From: Candidatus Fervidifonticultor quartus
GTDB lineage: Bacteria; Sysuimicrobiota; Sysuimicrobiia; Sysuimicrobiales; Humicultoraceae
Length of the DNA stretch: 64,000 nucleotides
Reading direction: 5' to 3'
Assembly: GCA_031458775.1 (NCBI GenBank)
Contig: JAVKJV010000004.1
Location: 34,398 to 98,397, forward strand
The number at the start of each line of letters is the position of its first letter. Positions within the stretch are counted from its first letter, which is position 1. The position numbers and the translations under genes were made by a program. Under the pieces are notes generated by a model. It was not told where the DNA came from. It saw only the letters and a program-made list of their open reading frames with translations, and did not search any database. Positions 1 through 11,116 of this stretch are shown here, piece after piece.

Positions 1-210
1 CCTCGGCGCTGCCAAACCCGGCGTACTGCCGCATAGTCCACAGACGGCCGCGGTACATCGTGGGGTAGATGCCGCGCGTGTAGGGGAACGCGCCGGGCTC
101 GCCGATCGTCGCCTGATAGGCGGCGCGCACGTGCTCGGCGCGCGGAACGGCCGGCAGCGGGATGCCGTCGGCGGTGCTGACCTCGTCCGGGCGGTCACTC
201 ATGAGTTGGC
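1..210 (-). CDS. methylmalonyl-CoA mutase family, N-terminal fragment (gene continues beyond window start)
   Basis: The reverse translation starts [68 protein letters not shown]. The [23 protein letters not shown] block is the hallmark N-terminus of B12-dependent acyl-CoA mutases. Confidence 0.6.
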
Positions 211-339
211 CTCTCAAGGCGGCATACTCACTTCGCGCTGGATCACGGCCTGCCCCTCTCGGTCGCCGACTCCCTGGTGCGGACCGCGATCTCGCCTCTG
301 TCGGCAGTCAAGAGGCGACGGGGTCGGCATGCGCCAGGG

Positions 340-828
340 TCAATAGTCCTCTTCGGACTCTCGGGGCACATCAGGCCGATACAGCAGCGTGTAGCGGGCC
401 AGGTGGAAGCCGACCGATTCCCAGAACCGCAGCCCTCGCACGTTGCCGGCGAACACGCCGGACTGGATCTCGTCGGCACCGTGCTCCTTGAGCCATGCGA
501 TCACGGCCTGCGCCAGCCGCCGGCCGTGCCCTTCGCGCCGGAACTCCGGATAGATGAAGAACTCGCCGATCACGCCCTGGGTGCGGCCCTTGTTCGCCCA
601 GTGTTTGTTCAGGACCGCGACGGCAAAACCGACCTTGCGCCCGCCCTCCACCCCCCACCAGACCTGGCGGTGTTTGCCCTGGTCGGCGAAGAGCGCTTCA
701 GTGTAGCGGTCGAGCCACGCGTCGTCGGGAGGTTCACCGGTGATCTCTTCGCGATAGCGCTTGAGCCAGTCGCGGAACTTGGGATCACCCGGTGAAACTG
801 GTTGCAGGTGCATTGCGGTCTTGGCCAT
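340..828 (-). CDS. GNAT family N-acetyltransferase
   Basis: 162-aa ORF with a typical GNAT core (VGFAVAV... EFFIYPEFRREGHGRRL). Identification rests on fold-level similarity only. Confidence 0.6.
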   Translation of the reverse strand: MAKTAMHLQPVSPGDPKFRDWLKRYREEITGEPPDDAWLDRYTEALFADQGKHRQVWWGVEGGRKVGFAVAVLNKHWANKGRTQGVIGEFFIYPEFRREGHGRRLAQAVIAWLKEHGADEIQSGVFAGNVRGLRFWESVGFHLARYTLLYRPDVPRESEEDY

Positions 829-989
829 CGCGCGATTCCGTCGAGGGATTTCGCCCGTCCCACCGGGATTCCTGTCGCCTCTCGAACTTCCGATTGACGT
901 CGTCGATGTGCCCGCGCGGCCGATGAGGATCCGTGTGCGGTCACGACGCCGCCGGCGCGGTCGTCGAACCGATCAGACGCCGCTGCGCG

Positions 990-2183
990 TCACGCGGTCG
1001 GCAGCGGCTCAGACGGTAGGGGTCCGTAGGGTCGAATGGCGAGGATGCCGTGCTTGAACACGAGTTCCTGGATGCCGTTGGCTTCGATGAGCAGACTGTA
1101 GGTCCCGAAGTCCTTGATCACCGCAGCGGGGATTTCATACCCGTCGCGGCAGCGGATGTGCACCGGCGCGCCGGTGGTCACCAGGCGGCGGTAGAACGCG
1201 TCCTCCATCGACGGCCTGGGCAGCGACCTGCCGCCTGCGGGCTGCCCTTCGGGGCGAATGTCCTCGCGCATCACGACTGATGCACCTCCCTCACGCTCGG
1301 GACGAATCTCGGCCAGCGATTGAATCGTATCCTCGTCCTGCACGGGCGCGGCGCCGCCGGTGACCGTCGGCGTTGGCTCGTCACCGCCAGCCCGCATCAT
1401 CTGTTCGTAATGCCGGCGCAACCCGTGGAACCGGCGCTGCCGGTCAACCCGTCGCGGCTCGGACTGGACGATCCCCCGCACGGGCTTCCGGACGGCATCG
1501 AGCACTGCCCCGACTACGGCTTCTGCCTCGCTGCCCCTGACCGTTTCGGAGCCGACCCGCAGCACGCTGGCGTGCTCCGACGCCAGCACCACCGCGGCCA
1601 GCACCACCGCGGCACCCGCAAACGGCACGATCTGCAACCCTTCGAGCGACGGGCGACTCCCCGCCCGCTCAATGAGCGGCCGCAGGGCGTCGAGAGTGGC
1701 CAGGGCGACGGTGCGAAGGCGGTGCACCTGGCCCGGCAGCGCCTCGGCCGATCCAGTGACGGTCTTCGTAACGTGGTCACGCTCATACTGTAAGTCCACT
1801 GTGACACGCGTGGCGGTGTCGCTGATCGTTTCCTCGAGGCGCACGAGGTGACACTCGGGAATGGGCTCCGGTTCTCCTTCGGCCTCGAGATGGGCAACAT
1901 GGACACGCCAGCCATCGACGTGGAGGTTGTACTGGCTCATCAAGGCCGAGGTGATGCCCCGGCGGATCGATCCATCGTCGCGGTTCGACGTGGTCGTCGC
2001 GTAGATGCGCTCGATCTCGCCGGCCTCATTGGCGACGACCCGGGCAGCGGTGACGGCGTCCAATCGTTCGAGAAACGCTTCGATCTCTTCAGCGAAGACT
2101 TCCCGGGGCAAGCGGACGCTCCGTATGCTGAGGTGGAAGACTCGCGTGGGTGTTCTGCGGTTTCGTGACGGTCTCCTGCCCAC
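990..2183 (-). CDS. hfq: Hfq (Sm-like RNA chaperone) domain protein. Either a 93-aa Hfq starting at the internal ATG at 1271, or a ~397-aa protein with a ~300-aa N-terminal extension.
   Basis: The C-terminal 65 aa (EDAFYRRLVTTGAPVHIRCRDGYEIPAAVIKDFGTYSLLIEANGIQELVFKHGILAIRP) align to the Hfq Sm1/Sm2 motifs ([50 protein letters not shown]). An RBS-like GAGGGAGG lies ~13 nt before the internal ATG at 1271. The frame stays open upstream to a GTG at 2183 with protein-like, non-Arg-rich composition. That GTG is ~20 nt after the GerMN stop. Confidence 0.5.
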   Translation of the reverse strand: MGRRPSRNRRTPTRVFHLSIRSVRLPREVFAEEIEAFLERLDAVTAARVVANEAGEIERIYATTTSNRDDGSIRRGITSALMSQYNLHVDGWRVHVAHLEAEGEPEPIPECHLVRLEETISDTATRVTVDLQYERDHVTKTVTGSAEALPGQVHRLRTVALATLDALRPLIERAGSRPSLEGLQIVPFAGAAVVLAAVVLASEHASVLRVGSETVRGSEAEAVVGAVLDAVRKPVRGIVQSEPRRVDRQRRFHGLRRHYEQMMRAGGDEPTPTVTGGAAPVQDEDTIQSLAEIRPEREGGASVVMREDIRPEGQPAGGRSLPRPSMEDAFYRRLVTTGAPVHIRCRDGYEIPAAVIKDFGTYSLLIEANGIQELVFKHGILAIRPYGPLPSEPLPTA

Positions 2184-2205
2184 CGCCGAGCCGGTCCGGA
2201 ACGCC

Positions 2206-4853
<2,648 letters not shown>

Positions 4854-5147
4854 CTAGCCGCCGGCCATCGCTGGGATGATCGAGACCTCGCTGGACTCGG
4901 CCAAGGGCGTCTCCAGGCCCTGCAGGAGCCTGACGTCTTCCTCGCCGACAAACACGCTCACGAACCGGTGAAGCTGCCCGTTGGCATCCACCAGCCGTTC
5001 CCCCACTCCGGGAAACCGCTGCTCGAGTTCGGCGATCGCCCCACGCAGCGTCGTCGCGCTGACGCTCACCAGTCGCTCGCCGTTGGTGTGACGCCGCAGG
5101 GGCGTCGGAATGCGAATGGTCGCCATCGTCGTCTCCTCAGGCTTCAC
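4854..5147 (-). CDS. CysO/MoaD/ThiS-family ubiquitin-like sulfur-carrier protein
   Basis: 97 aa ending in ...SSEVSIIPAMAGG, a C-terminal Gly-Gly. It has strong pattern similarity to M. tuberculosis CysO (IPTxLRxHTxG..SVSA..L..LHRFV..YV..EDVR...ILPAVAGG). Confidence 0.7.
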   Translation of the reverse strand: MKPEETTMATIRIPTPLRRHTNGERLVSVSATTLRGAIAELEQRFPGVGERLVDANGQLHRFVSVFVGEEDVRLLQGLETPLAESSEVSIIPAMAGG

Positions 5148-5183
5148 CAGAGATCCCGTTCGTCCGCGCCACGGTGCGCCGCG

Positions 5184-6413
5184 CTACGCCGGGACCGTGG
5201 CCAGCACCGCGTCCTCGAACGCCCGCAGCGTGGGTCGGATCCGCACCGTCGCCGGCAGCGACGCTGCGACGGCATCCGCCGTCTTCAACCCGATCCCGGT
5301 GATGTACGCGACGGTCACCCCGTCGGGGTCGAGCGCGCCGGACGCTGCGAGCTTCCTCAGCACGGCCACCGTCACGCCGCCTGCCGTCTCGGTGAAGATC
5401 CCCTCGGTCTGCGCAAGGAGCTTCATGCCGTCGACGATCTCGTCGTCGGTGGCGGCCTCGATACGGCCGCCCGTCGCGTGTGCCGTCGCGATCGCGTAGC
5501 GGCCGTCGGCCGGAGACCCGATGGCGAGCGAGTGCGCGATGGTCTGCGGTCTGACCGGCCGCACGTCGCCGCCCGTGCGGAACGCGGTCGCCACCGGCGC
5601 GCAGCCCGCAGCCTGTGCGCCGTGGATCTGCATGGCGGCCTGCGCAATGAGCCCGAGCGCTGCCAGTTCCTGGAATCCCTTGTGTATCTTGACGTGCAGG
5701 TTGCCCGACGCGATGGGCACCACCACCGCATCCGGCGCCCGCCAGCCGAGCTGCTCCGCGACCTCATAGGCCAGCGTCTTGCCGCCCTCGCTGTAGAACG
5801 GCCGGATGTTCACGTTGAGGAAGGCCCAGTGGTGCTCCTCACCGATCTCCGCGCACAGCCGGTTCACCTCGTCGTAGCCGCCGTCCACTTCGATGACGGT
5901 CGGCCCGTAAACCGCCGAGGCCACGATCTTGCTGCGCTCGATGCCGGCCGGCACGAACACGCAGGCGCGCATCCCGGCCCGTGCCGCGTGCGCGGCCACC
6001 GAGTTCGCCAGGTTGCCGGTGGACGCGCAGGCCAGCACGCGGTACCCGAACCGTCGCGCCGCCGCGGTCCCGATCTCGACCGCCCGGTCCTTGAACGACC
6101 ACGTCGGGTTTGTGGAGTCGTTCTTGACGTACAGGCGTCGCAGCCCGACGGCCTCGCCCAGTCGAGGCGCGGGGACCAGCGGCGTGAACCCGGGCGACAG
6201 GTCGACCGCGGCGTCGTACTCCACAGGCAGCAGGTCGGCGTAGCGCCACATCGAGCGCGGCCCGGCCTCGATGCGCTCACGCAGCGGCAGCCGGCGCAGC
6301 GTCTCCAGATCGTACACCACCTCGAGCGGCCCGAAACACGACTCGCACACATACACCGGCCCGACCGGCACCTCGGCGCCGCACTCGCGGCACTTCAACC
6401 GCTCGACTGTCAC
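5184..6413 (-). CDS. thrC: threonine synthase (N-terminal zinc-ribbon type)
   Basis: PLP-lysine motif NPTWSFKDR, ASTGNLANSVAAHAARAG block and N-terminal CxxC...CxxC ribbon. It lies immediately downstream of thrB. Confidence 0.85.
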   Translation of the reverse strand: MTVERLKCRECGAEVPVGPVYVCESCFGPLEVVYDLETLRRLPLRERIEAGPRSMWRYADLLPVEYDAAVDLSPGFTPLVPAPRLGEAVGLRRLYVKNDSTNPTWSFKDRAVEIGTAAARRFGYRVLACASTGNLANSVAAHAARAGMRACVFVPAGIERSKIVASAVYGPTVIEVDGGYDEVNRLCAEIGEEHHWAFLNVNIRPFYSEGGKTLAYEVAEQLGWRAPDAVVVPIASGNLHVKIHKGFQELAALGLIAQAAMQIHGAQAAGCAPVATAFRTGGDVRPVRPQTIAHSLAIGSPADGRYAIATAHATGGRIEAATDDEIVDGMKLLAQTEGIFTETAGGVTVAVLRKLAASGALDPDGVTVAYITGIGLKTADAVAASLPATVRIRPTLRAFEDAVLATVPA

Positions 6414-6461
6414 CCCGTGCCTCCTCTCGTCCTCCGGCGCGCAGTAGTCGAATCCACTCGC

Positions 6462-7418
6462 TCACAACTCAAGCGCGCCATGGGGGTCGATCTCCGTGAC
6501 AATGATCCGGCTTGTCACACCGGCGTGGGCGAAGGCCGCGCGCATGGCCTCGCCAACCGCGGCCGCCGGTTCAGGTGGGGACAGCGCCGCCACCGAGGGT
6601 CCCGACCCGCTCAAGACCGCGCCGTACGCGCCCGCGCCCGCGGCCGCGTCCACCACCGCCTCGAATCCTGGTACCAGCGGCGCGCGATAGGGCTGATGCA
6701 GACGATCGCGCAGAGAGTCCCTGAGCAGGTCACTGCGGCCCTGCGACAACGCGGTAACCAGCAACGCTACCTGTCCCAGGTTGAAGACCGCGTCGGGCAG
6801 GGTGACCGACTCCGGCAGCGCCCTGCGCGCGGCCGCGGTCTCGATCTCAAGATCCGGGACCGCGAGGACGACCGCGAGCGGCAGTGCGGGCATCAGACGC
6901 GACCAACGCACGCCGGCGCCGTTCTGCGCCACGACCACAACGCCCCCGAGCAGGGCGGCGGCCACGTTGTCCGGGTGTCCTTCGAGTCGGACAGCCAGAT
7001 CCAGGAGATCGTCTTGGTCCATCGCGGCGCCAAGCAGACGTGCGGCGGCCACGACACCGCCGACGATCGCCGCGGCGCTACTCCCCAACCCCCCGCGCAA
7101 CGGGATCGGAAAGTGGGCCCGGAGTTCGAACGCGCCCGTGTAGCCGGTGCGTTCGGCAACCGCCGACGCGCTGCGATAGATCAGATTGCTGGTGTCCTGC
7201 GGCACCGCCACGCCGGAGACCGCGATCACCGGTGAGGTCGACGCGGCCAGCGCGATCTCCGCGCGCAGGCCGATCGCGGCCGCGAGGCAGTCGAACCCCG
7301 CGCCCAGGTTGGCGACGGACGCCGGCACGCTGACGCGTACGCGCTCCGATGGAATGGCCATGCAAGGCTCCTCACATGCAAACACCCCCTCCACTTCCGA
7401 TGCTGGAGGGGGTGTCAC
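6462..7418 (-). CDS. thrB: homoserine kinase
   Basis: GHMP kinase motifs: ANLGAGFD and PLRGGLGSSAAAIV (motif 2). Confidence 0.85.
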   Translation of the reverse strand: MTPPPASEVEGVFACEEPCMAIPSERVRVSVPASVANLGAGFDCLAAAIGLRAEIALAASTSPVIAVSGVAVPQDTSNLIYRSASAVAERTGYTGAFELRAHFPIPLRGGLGSSAAAIVGGVVAAARLLGAAMDQDDLLDLAVRLEGHPDNVAAALLGGVVVVAQNGAGVRWSRLMPALPLAVVLAVPDLEIETAAARRALPESVTLPDAVFNLGQVALLVTALSQGRSDLLRDSLRDRLHQPYRAPLVPGFEAVVDAAAGAGAYGAVLSGSGPSVAALSPPEPAAAVGEAMRAAFAHAGVTSRIIVTEIDPHGALEL

Positions 7419-7559
7419 TCCTTATCCGCCGGAACTGGATCCCGCGGGGGTTGGCACCTTACCGGTTCGGCAGGTTGCCGGGGGTCATCGGGCCCGTTCC
7501 CTCACCCACTCTTGATAAGAGCCGCTATGCAATTGCCCGCTAGCGTATCACAGCTTCAG

Positions 7560-7907
7560 CGAACCGTCAACAAACGCCACCCTGTGCTCGGTGAGGGCCC
7601 GGGCGGTGGCGTTCACCACGGCGTGCTTGTCCATGTAGTTCCGCTCCAGCAGCGGCAGGTGCCCGCCCGCCATGATCTCGGGCTTCGCCCGGAAGTAATC
7701 CAGCACGTCGGAGTGTCCGGCACCATCTCCAACAAGATGCTGAACGCGCCAGCCTCCTCGAGCGCTCGCGCGTCATCAACGATCCGTTTGGCGCGCAGCG
7801 CGTCCTTCCCCTGCACGCGGACGTAGCACGTGATCATGGTGATGGGCACGCCGTCGGCCATCTTTCTTCATCAGGGCAGGCAGCGTGATCTTCTTGCAAT
7901 CGCTCAT
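7560..7907 (-). pseudogene. panB: degraded panB (3-methyl-2-oxobutanoate hydroxymethyltransferase) remnant
   Basis: The reverse strand encodes MSDCKKITLPALMKK, then a 1-nt frameshift, then ADGVPITMITCY (the PanB N-terminus KKITxxxLxxxKxxGxxITMLTAYD). This joins directly to VQGKDALRAKRIVDDARALEEAGAFSILLEMVP, matching the PanB C-terminal region KVQGK..LLDDAKALEEAGAFALVLECVP. The whole catalytic core (~130 codons) is missing and a further frameshift follows. Confidence 0.45.
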
Positions 7908-7983
7908 GCTCGACCCCCCTCTCCAAGGCTAGTCTGTACCGGCCCGACGGCGCCGGGTATCGAGTGGCCACAGTATGGGGGCG

Positions 7984-8382
7984 TTAGGTTGCCGCGCCCA
8001 GCACGAAGCCCAGCAGCAAGAGGAGCAGGACGACCGCCGAGACCAGCGCGTAGCGGCGCTCGCCGTGTCGGGCAAAGTAGGCGCCGGCGGCGATCACGCG
8101 CAGCACCGGCGTGAAGATCAGGAGCAGCAGCCCGAGGAAGACGATCGCCACCGGCCGGCCGTGCAAGGCGCCGGTCACCACCGCGACGAGCGAGCGCGGC
8201 AGATCGGCGACGAAGACCTCGTGCTCCGACATCAACTGCGAGAGCAACAGGCGTTTGCCCGTGCCCGGCGGGACGAGGAGCGCCAGTCCGGTCGCGATGA
8301 TCACGGCCGAGGTCAGCACACCGGCCATCAGCATGCGGCCGATGATGTCCTCAAGGCTGCGAGTCCGCGGGACGCTCACAGG
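7984..8382 (-). CDS. DUF1634 family small membrane protein
   Basis: Hydrophobic ~120-130 aa protein (MLMAGVLTSAVIIATGLALL...). It is the usual partner of TauE/SafE exporters and overlaps the TauE stop. Confidence 0.5.
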   Translation of the reverse strand, partial: PVSVPRTRSLEDIIGRMLMAGVLTSAVIIATGLALLVPPGTGKRLLLSQLMSEHEVFVADLPRSLVAVVTGALHGRPVAIVFLGLLLLIFTPVLRVIAAGAYFARHGERRYALVSAVVLLLLLLGFVLGAAT

Positions 8383-9215
8383 CGGATCCCTCTGAGCGCC
8401 ATGGCGACGCCGACGTAGAGGAGGACCGGGATGAACAGGAGCCGGAGTGTCCGGCTGCGGAGCCGGACCATGATCCTCGCGCCGACCCAGGCGCCGACGA
8501 GGACGCCGAGCGCCGTCGGCGCGGCCACGAGGGGGTTGATCTCGGCGCGACCGAAGTAGACACCGGCGCTTGCCGCCGCGGTCACCCCGATCATGAAGTT
8601 GCTCGTCGCGGTCGAGACCTTCAGCGGCAGACGCATCAGGACGTCCATCGCCAGCACCTTGAATACGCCGCTGCCGATGCCGAGCAGGCCGGAGATCAGC
8701 CCGGCGATGCACATCATGACCGCGCCGGCGGTGACGCGGCGCGCGGCGTACGTGACCTTCTGTCCGCTGGCCGCATCGTAGTACGATCCGGTCAACCCCC
8801 AGCGCAACGCGAGCGGGTCCGGTGGCCCGGGGTCGGGCAGGTCCCGGCCGACTCGCAGGATCATCGGGATCGCAGTGTAGATCAGCAGGAGGCCGAAGAC
8901 CAGATACAGCCACCGAGGCGGTAGGACACTGGTCAGATACGCGCCGGACAGCGCGCCGGTGACCGACGCCAGTTGCAGGACCGTTCCGATGCGGATGTTC
9001 GTGAGCCGGTCGCGGACGTACGCGGCGGCCGATCCGCTGCTGGTGGCGATGACCGACACGAGACTCGCGCCGATCGCGTACTTGATGTTCACGTGGAAGA
9101 GCAGCGTGAGCGCGGGGATGAGGAAGATACCGCCGCCGAGGCCGAAGAGCGCGCCGAGCACCCCCGCCCCGACGCCGGCCATGCCGACGAGTGCGACAAA
9201 CAGGAGAGGATCCAC
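8376..9215 (-). CDS. TauE/SafE (DUF81) family sulfite/anion exporter
   Basis: 279-aa polytopic membrane protein with the duplicated 4-TM architecture and Gly-rich helices (GLGGGIFLIPAL ... GIGSGVF). Confidence 0.7.
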   Translation of the reverse strand: MDPLLFVALVGMAGVGAGVLGALFGLGGGIFLIPALTLLFHVNIKYAIGASLVSVIATSSGSAAAYVRDRLTNIRIGTVLQLASVTGALSGAYLTSVLPPRWLYLVFGLLLIYTAIPMILRVGRDLPDPGPPDPLALRWGLTGSYYDAASGQKVTYAARRVTAGAVMMCIAGLISGLLGIGSGVFKVLAMDVLMRLPLKVSTATSNFMIGVTAAASAGVYFGRAEINPLVAAPTALGVLVGAWVGARIMVRLRSRTLRLLFIPVLLYVGVAMALRGIRL

Positions 9216-9290
9216 CGGCTCCTCTAGCCTAGCACACGCACCGAGGCAGCCTCAGCGGATCGCAGCCTGCAGGGACCGGTGGCGCGAGGC

Positions 9291-10145
9291 CTACGCGGCG
9301 TCGGACCGGAAGATCGGCACAAGGCCTGCGCTGCGGGCCCTCAGGGCGTCGATCTCCTCCGGCGAGAGCGGGCTGAAACGGTCGGCCGCGTCGCACATCC
9401 AGGTGAAGAGATCGGCATGGCCTGGGCTCACCGCGGCCGTCACCGGCAGCGAGAGCGTGAACCGCAGCGCGAGCGCCGCCTCGTCGTAGCTCTCGACGGG
9501 CGCGTACCAGCACTTGGGTCGCACACGCGCCTCGCCTTCGCCGAGCCGCCGGCGCCCCAATGACTTGAGCGCCAGGATCCCGACGCCGCGCCGTACGGCG
9601 GCGTCTACGACCCGAGGCCCGAAGTGCCCCTGGAACCAGACGACCCAGTTTAGTGGGAACAGGATACTGTCGAACGGGAACCGATCGAGCAGAGCCAGTG
9701 CCGCTCGGTCGGAGTGCGCAGAGAAGCCGATCAACCGGATCAGCCCCTGCGCCCTGGCCTCCAGAAAGGCTTCCATTGCGCCGCCGGGCGCGAGGATCTG
9801 CTCCACCTCGTCCAGGGTCGTCACCGCGTGGTGCTGGTAGAGATCGACGTGATCCGTCCCGAGTCGGCGCAACGACTGACGGAGTTCCGCCGCCGCCTCG
9901 TCGCGCCTCCGCTTCTGGGTCTTGCAGGCGAGGAAGACCGCTCCGCGGTATGGCGCCAGGGCCGGGCCCAGACGCTCCTCGGCGTCGCCGTACGACGGTG
10001 CGACGTCGAAATAGTTGATCCCGCGGTCGATCGCCTGACCGACCAACCGGCTGGCTTCGGCCGGGGTCTCGTTCCGAACCAGGATGCCGCCGAACCCGAC
10101 AACCGAGAGATCAGTGCCAGTCCGACCGAGCGCCCGCCGCTGCAA
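9291..10145 (-). CDS. aldo/keto reductase
   Basis: LGRTG..S..GFG N-terminus, D..YG..E motif, and overall AKR length and pattern. Confidence 0.75.
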   Translation of the reverse strand: MQRRALGRTGTDLSVVGFGGILVRNETPAEASRLVGQAIDRGINYFDVAPSYGDAEERLGPALAPYRGAVFLACKTQKRRRDEAAAELRQSLRRLGTDHVDLYQHHAVTTLDEVEQILAPGGAMEAFLEARAQGLIRLIGFSAHSDRAALALLDRFPFDSILFPLNWVVWFQGHFGPRVVDAAVRRGVGILALKSLGRRRLGEGEARVRPKCWYAPVESYDEAALALRFTLSLPVTAAVSPGHADLFTWMCDAADRFSPLSPEEIDALRARSAGLVPIFRSDAA

Positions 10146-10375
10146 TGCCGTTCCTCCTCACGAGGCCGCCGTCAATCCGGTACAGGTTGATGTCACTCCG
10201 GCACAGACGGGGGTCAACCGTGTCGTTGACACCACGGTGCTTCCTTACGCGATCGCGCTCGCCACCCCTTCCAGGTGACCCTGGCCTCGGACGCCTGGGG
10301 GTAGCGGCACGCAGTCAGGGGGGAATCGGTCCGGGAGCGAGCGTGACGATCCTTTGTGTTACACTCTCTGCGGCG

Positions 10376-11116
10376 ATGGATCCTGTCATCATCCAGATCG
10401 GCCCACTCGCCATCCGGTGGTATGGTGTACTGCTGGCAATCACGATTGGTCTGAGCATGGTCGTCGCCTATCGCTACGGCCCGCGCCTCGGCATTCCGGC
10501 GTCCGTGCTCGACGGCACGATCGTCAACTTCGCGATAGTCGCGCTGATCGGCGCACGCCTCGGCTACGTGCTCTCCCACCCATCGCAGTTCCGGCATCTG
10601 CTCGATGTGATCCGCATCGATCTGGGCGGCTTGACCTCGCACGGCGCGATCGCGGCCGGGCTGCTCTACCTGTGGTGGGCGGCGCGGCGCTACGGGATCT
10701 CGATCTGGACGTTTGCCGATGCCTTCGGTTGGGTGATCCCGATCGGCAACATCTTCGTGCGCGTCGGCAACTTCATCAACGGCGAACTGTACGGCGATCC
10801 GACGACCCTCCCGTGGGGTGTGCGCTTCGCCACGTCACCCGACCTGCCCAGACACCCGCTGCAACTCTACGAAGCGGTGTTTGCGGTCGCGATCCTCCTG
10901 TATGCGCGCGCAGCGGCCCGTCGGCGGAGGTTCCCCGGGCAGGTCTTCTGGACGATCATGGTACCGACGTCGCTGGGCCGCATCATCCTGGACATGATGC
11001 GCAGCGATGTACGCGCCCTCGGCGTGCTCACGCTGGGGCAGATCCCGGCCATCATCCTGATTGTCTGGGGCCTCGTGGCGCTCACACGAGGGCGTCGCGC
11101 GGCGCCGGCGTCATGA
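10376..11116 (+). CDS. lgt: prolipoprotein diacylglyceryl transferase
   Basis: Lgt signature GNFxNxELYG (VGNFINGELYGDPTTLPWGV), plus HPxQLYE. Start set at the internal ATG (MDPVIIQIGPLAIRWYG). Confidence 0.8.
   Translation: MDPVIIQIGPLAIRWYGVLLAITIGLSMVVAYRYGPRLGIPASVLDGTIVNFAIVALIGARLGYVLSHPSQFRHLLDVIRIDLGGLTSHGAIAAGLLYLWWAARRYGISIWTFADAFGWVIPIGNIFVRVGNFINGELYGDPTTLPWGVRFATSPDLPRHPLQLYEAVFAVAILLYARAAARRRRFPGQVFWTIMVPTSLGRIILDMMRSDVRALGVLTLGQIPAIILIVWGLVALTRGRRAAPAS

Noticed and set aside
830-990. Possible intrinsic terminator hairpin after hfq (GCCGCUG…CAGCGGC)
   Set aside because: Stem is short, the loop is long (16 nt), and no U-tract follows. Not convincing.
4968-7235. 755-aa plus-strand ORF
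   Set aside because: Antisense to thrC and thrB. Extreme Arg/His content and no motifs.
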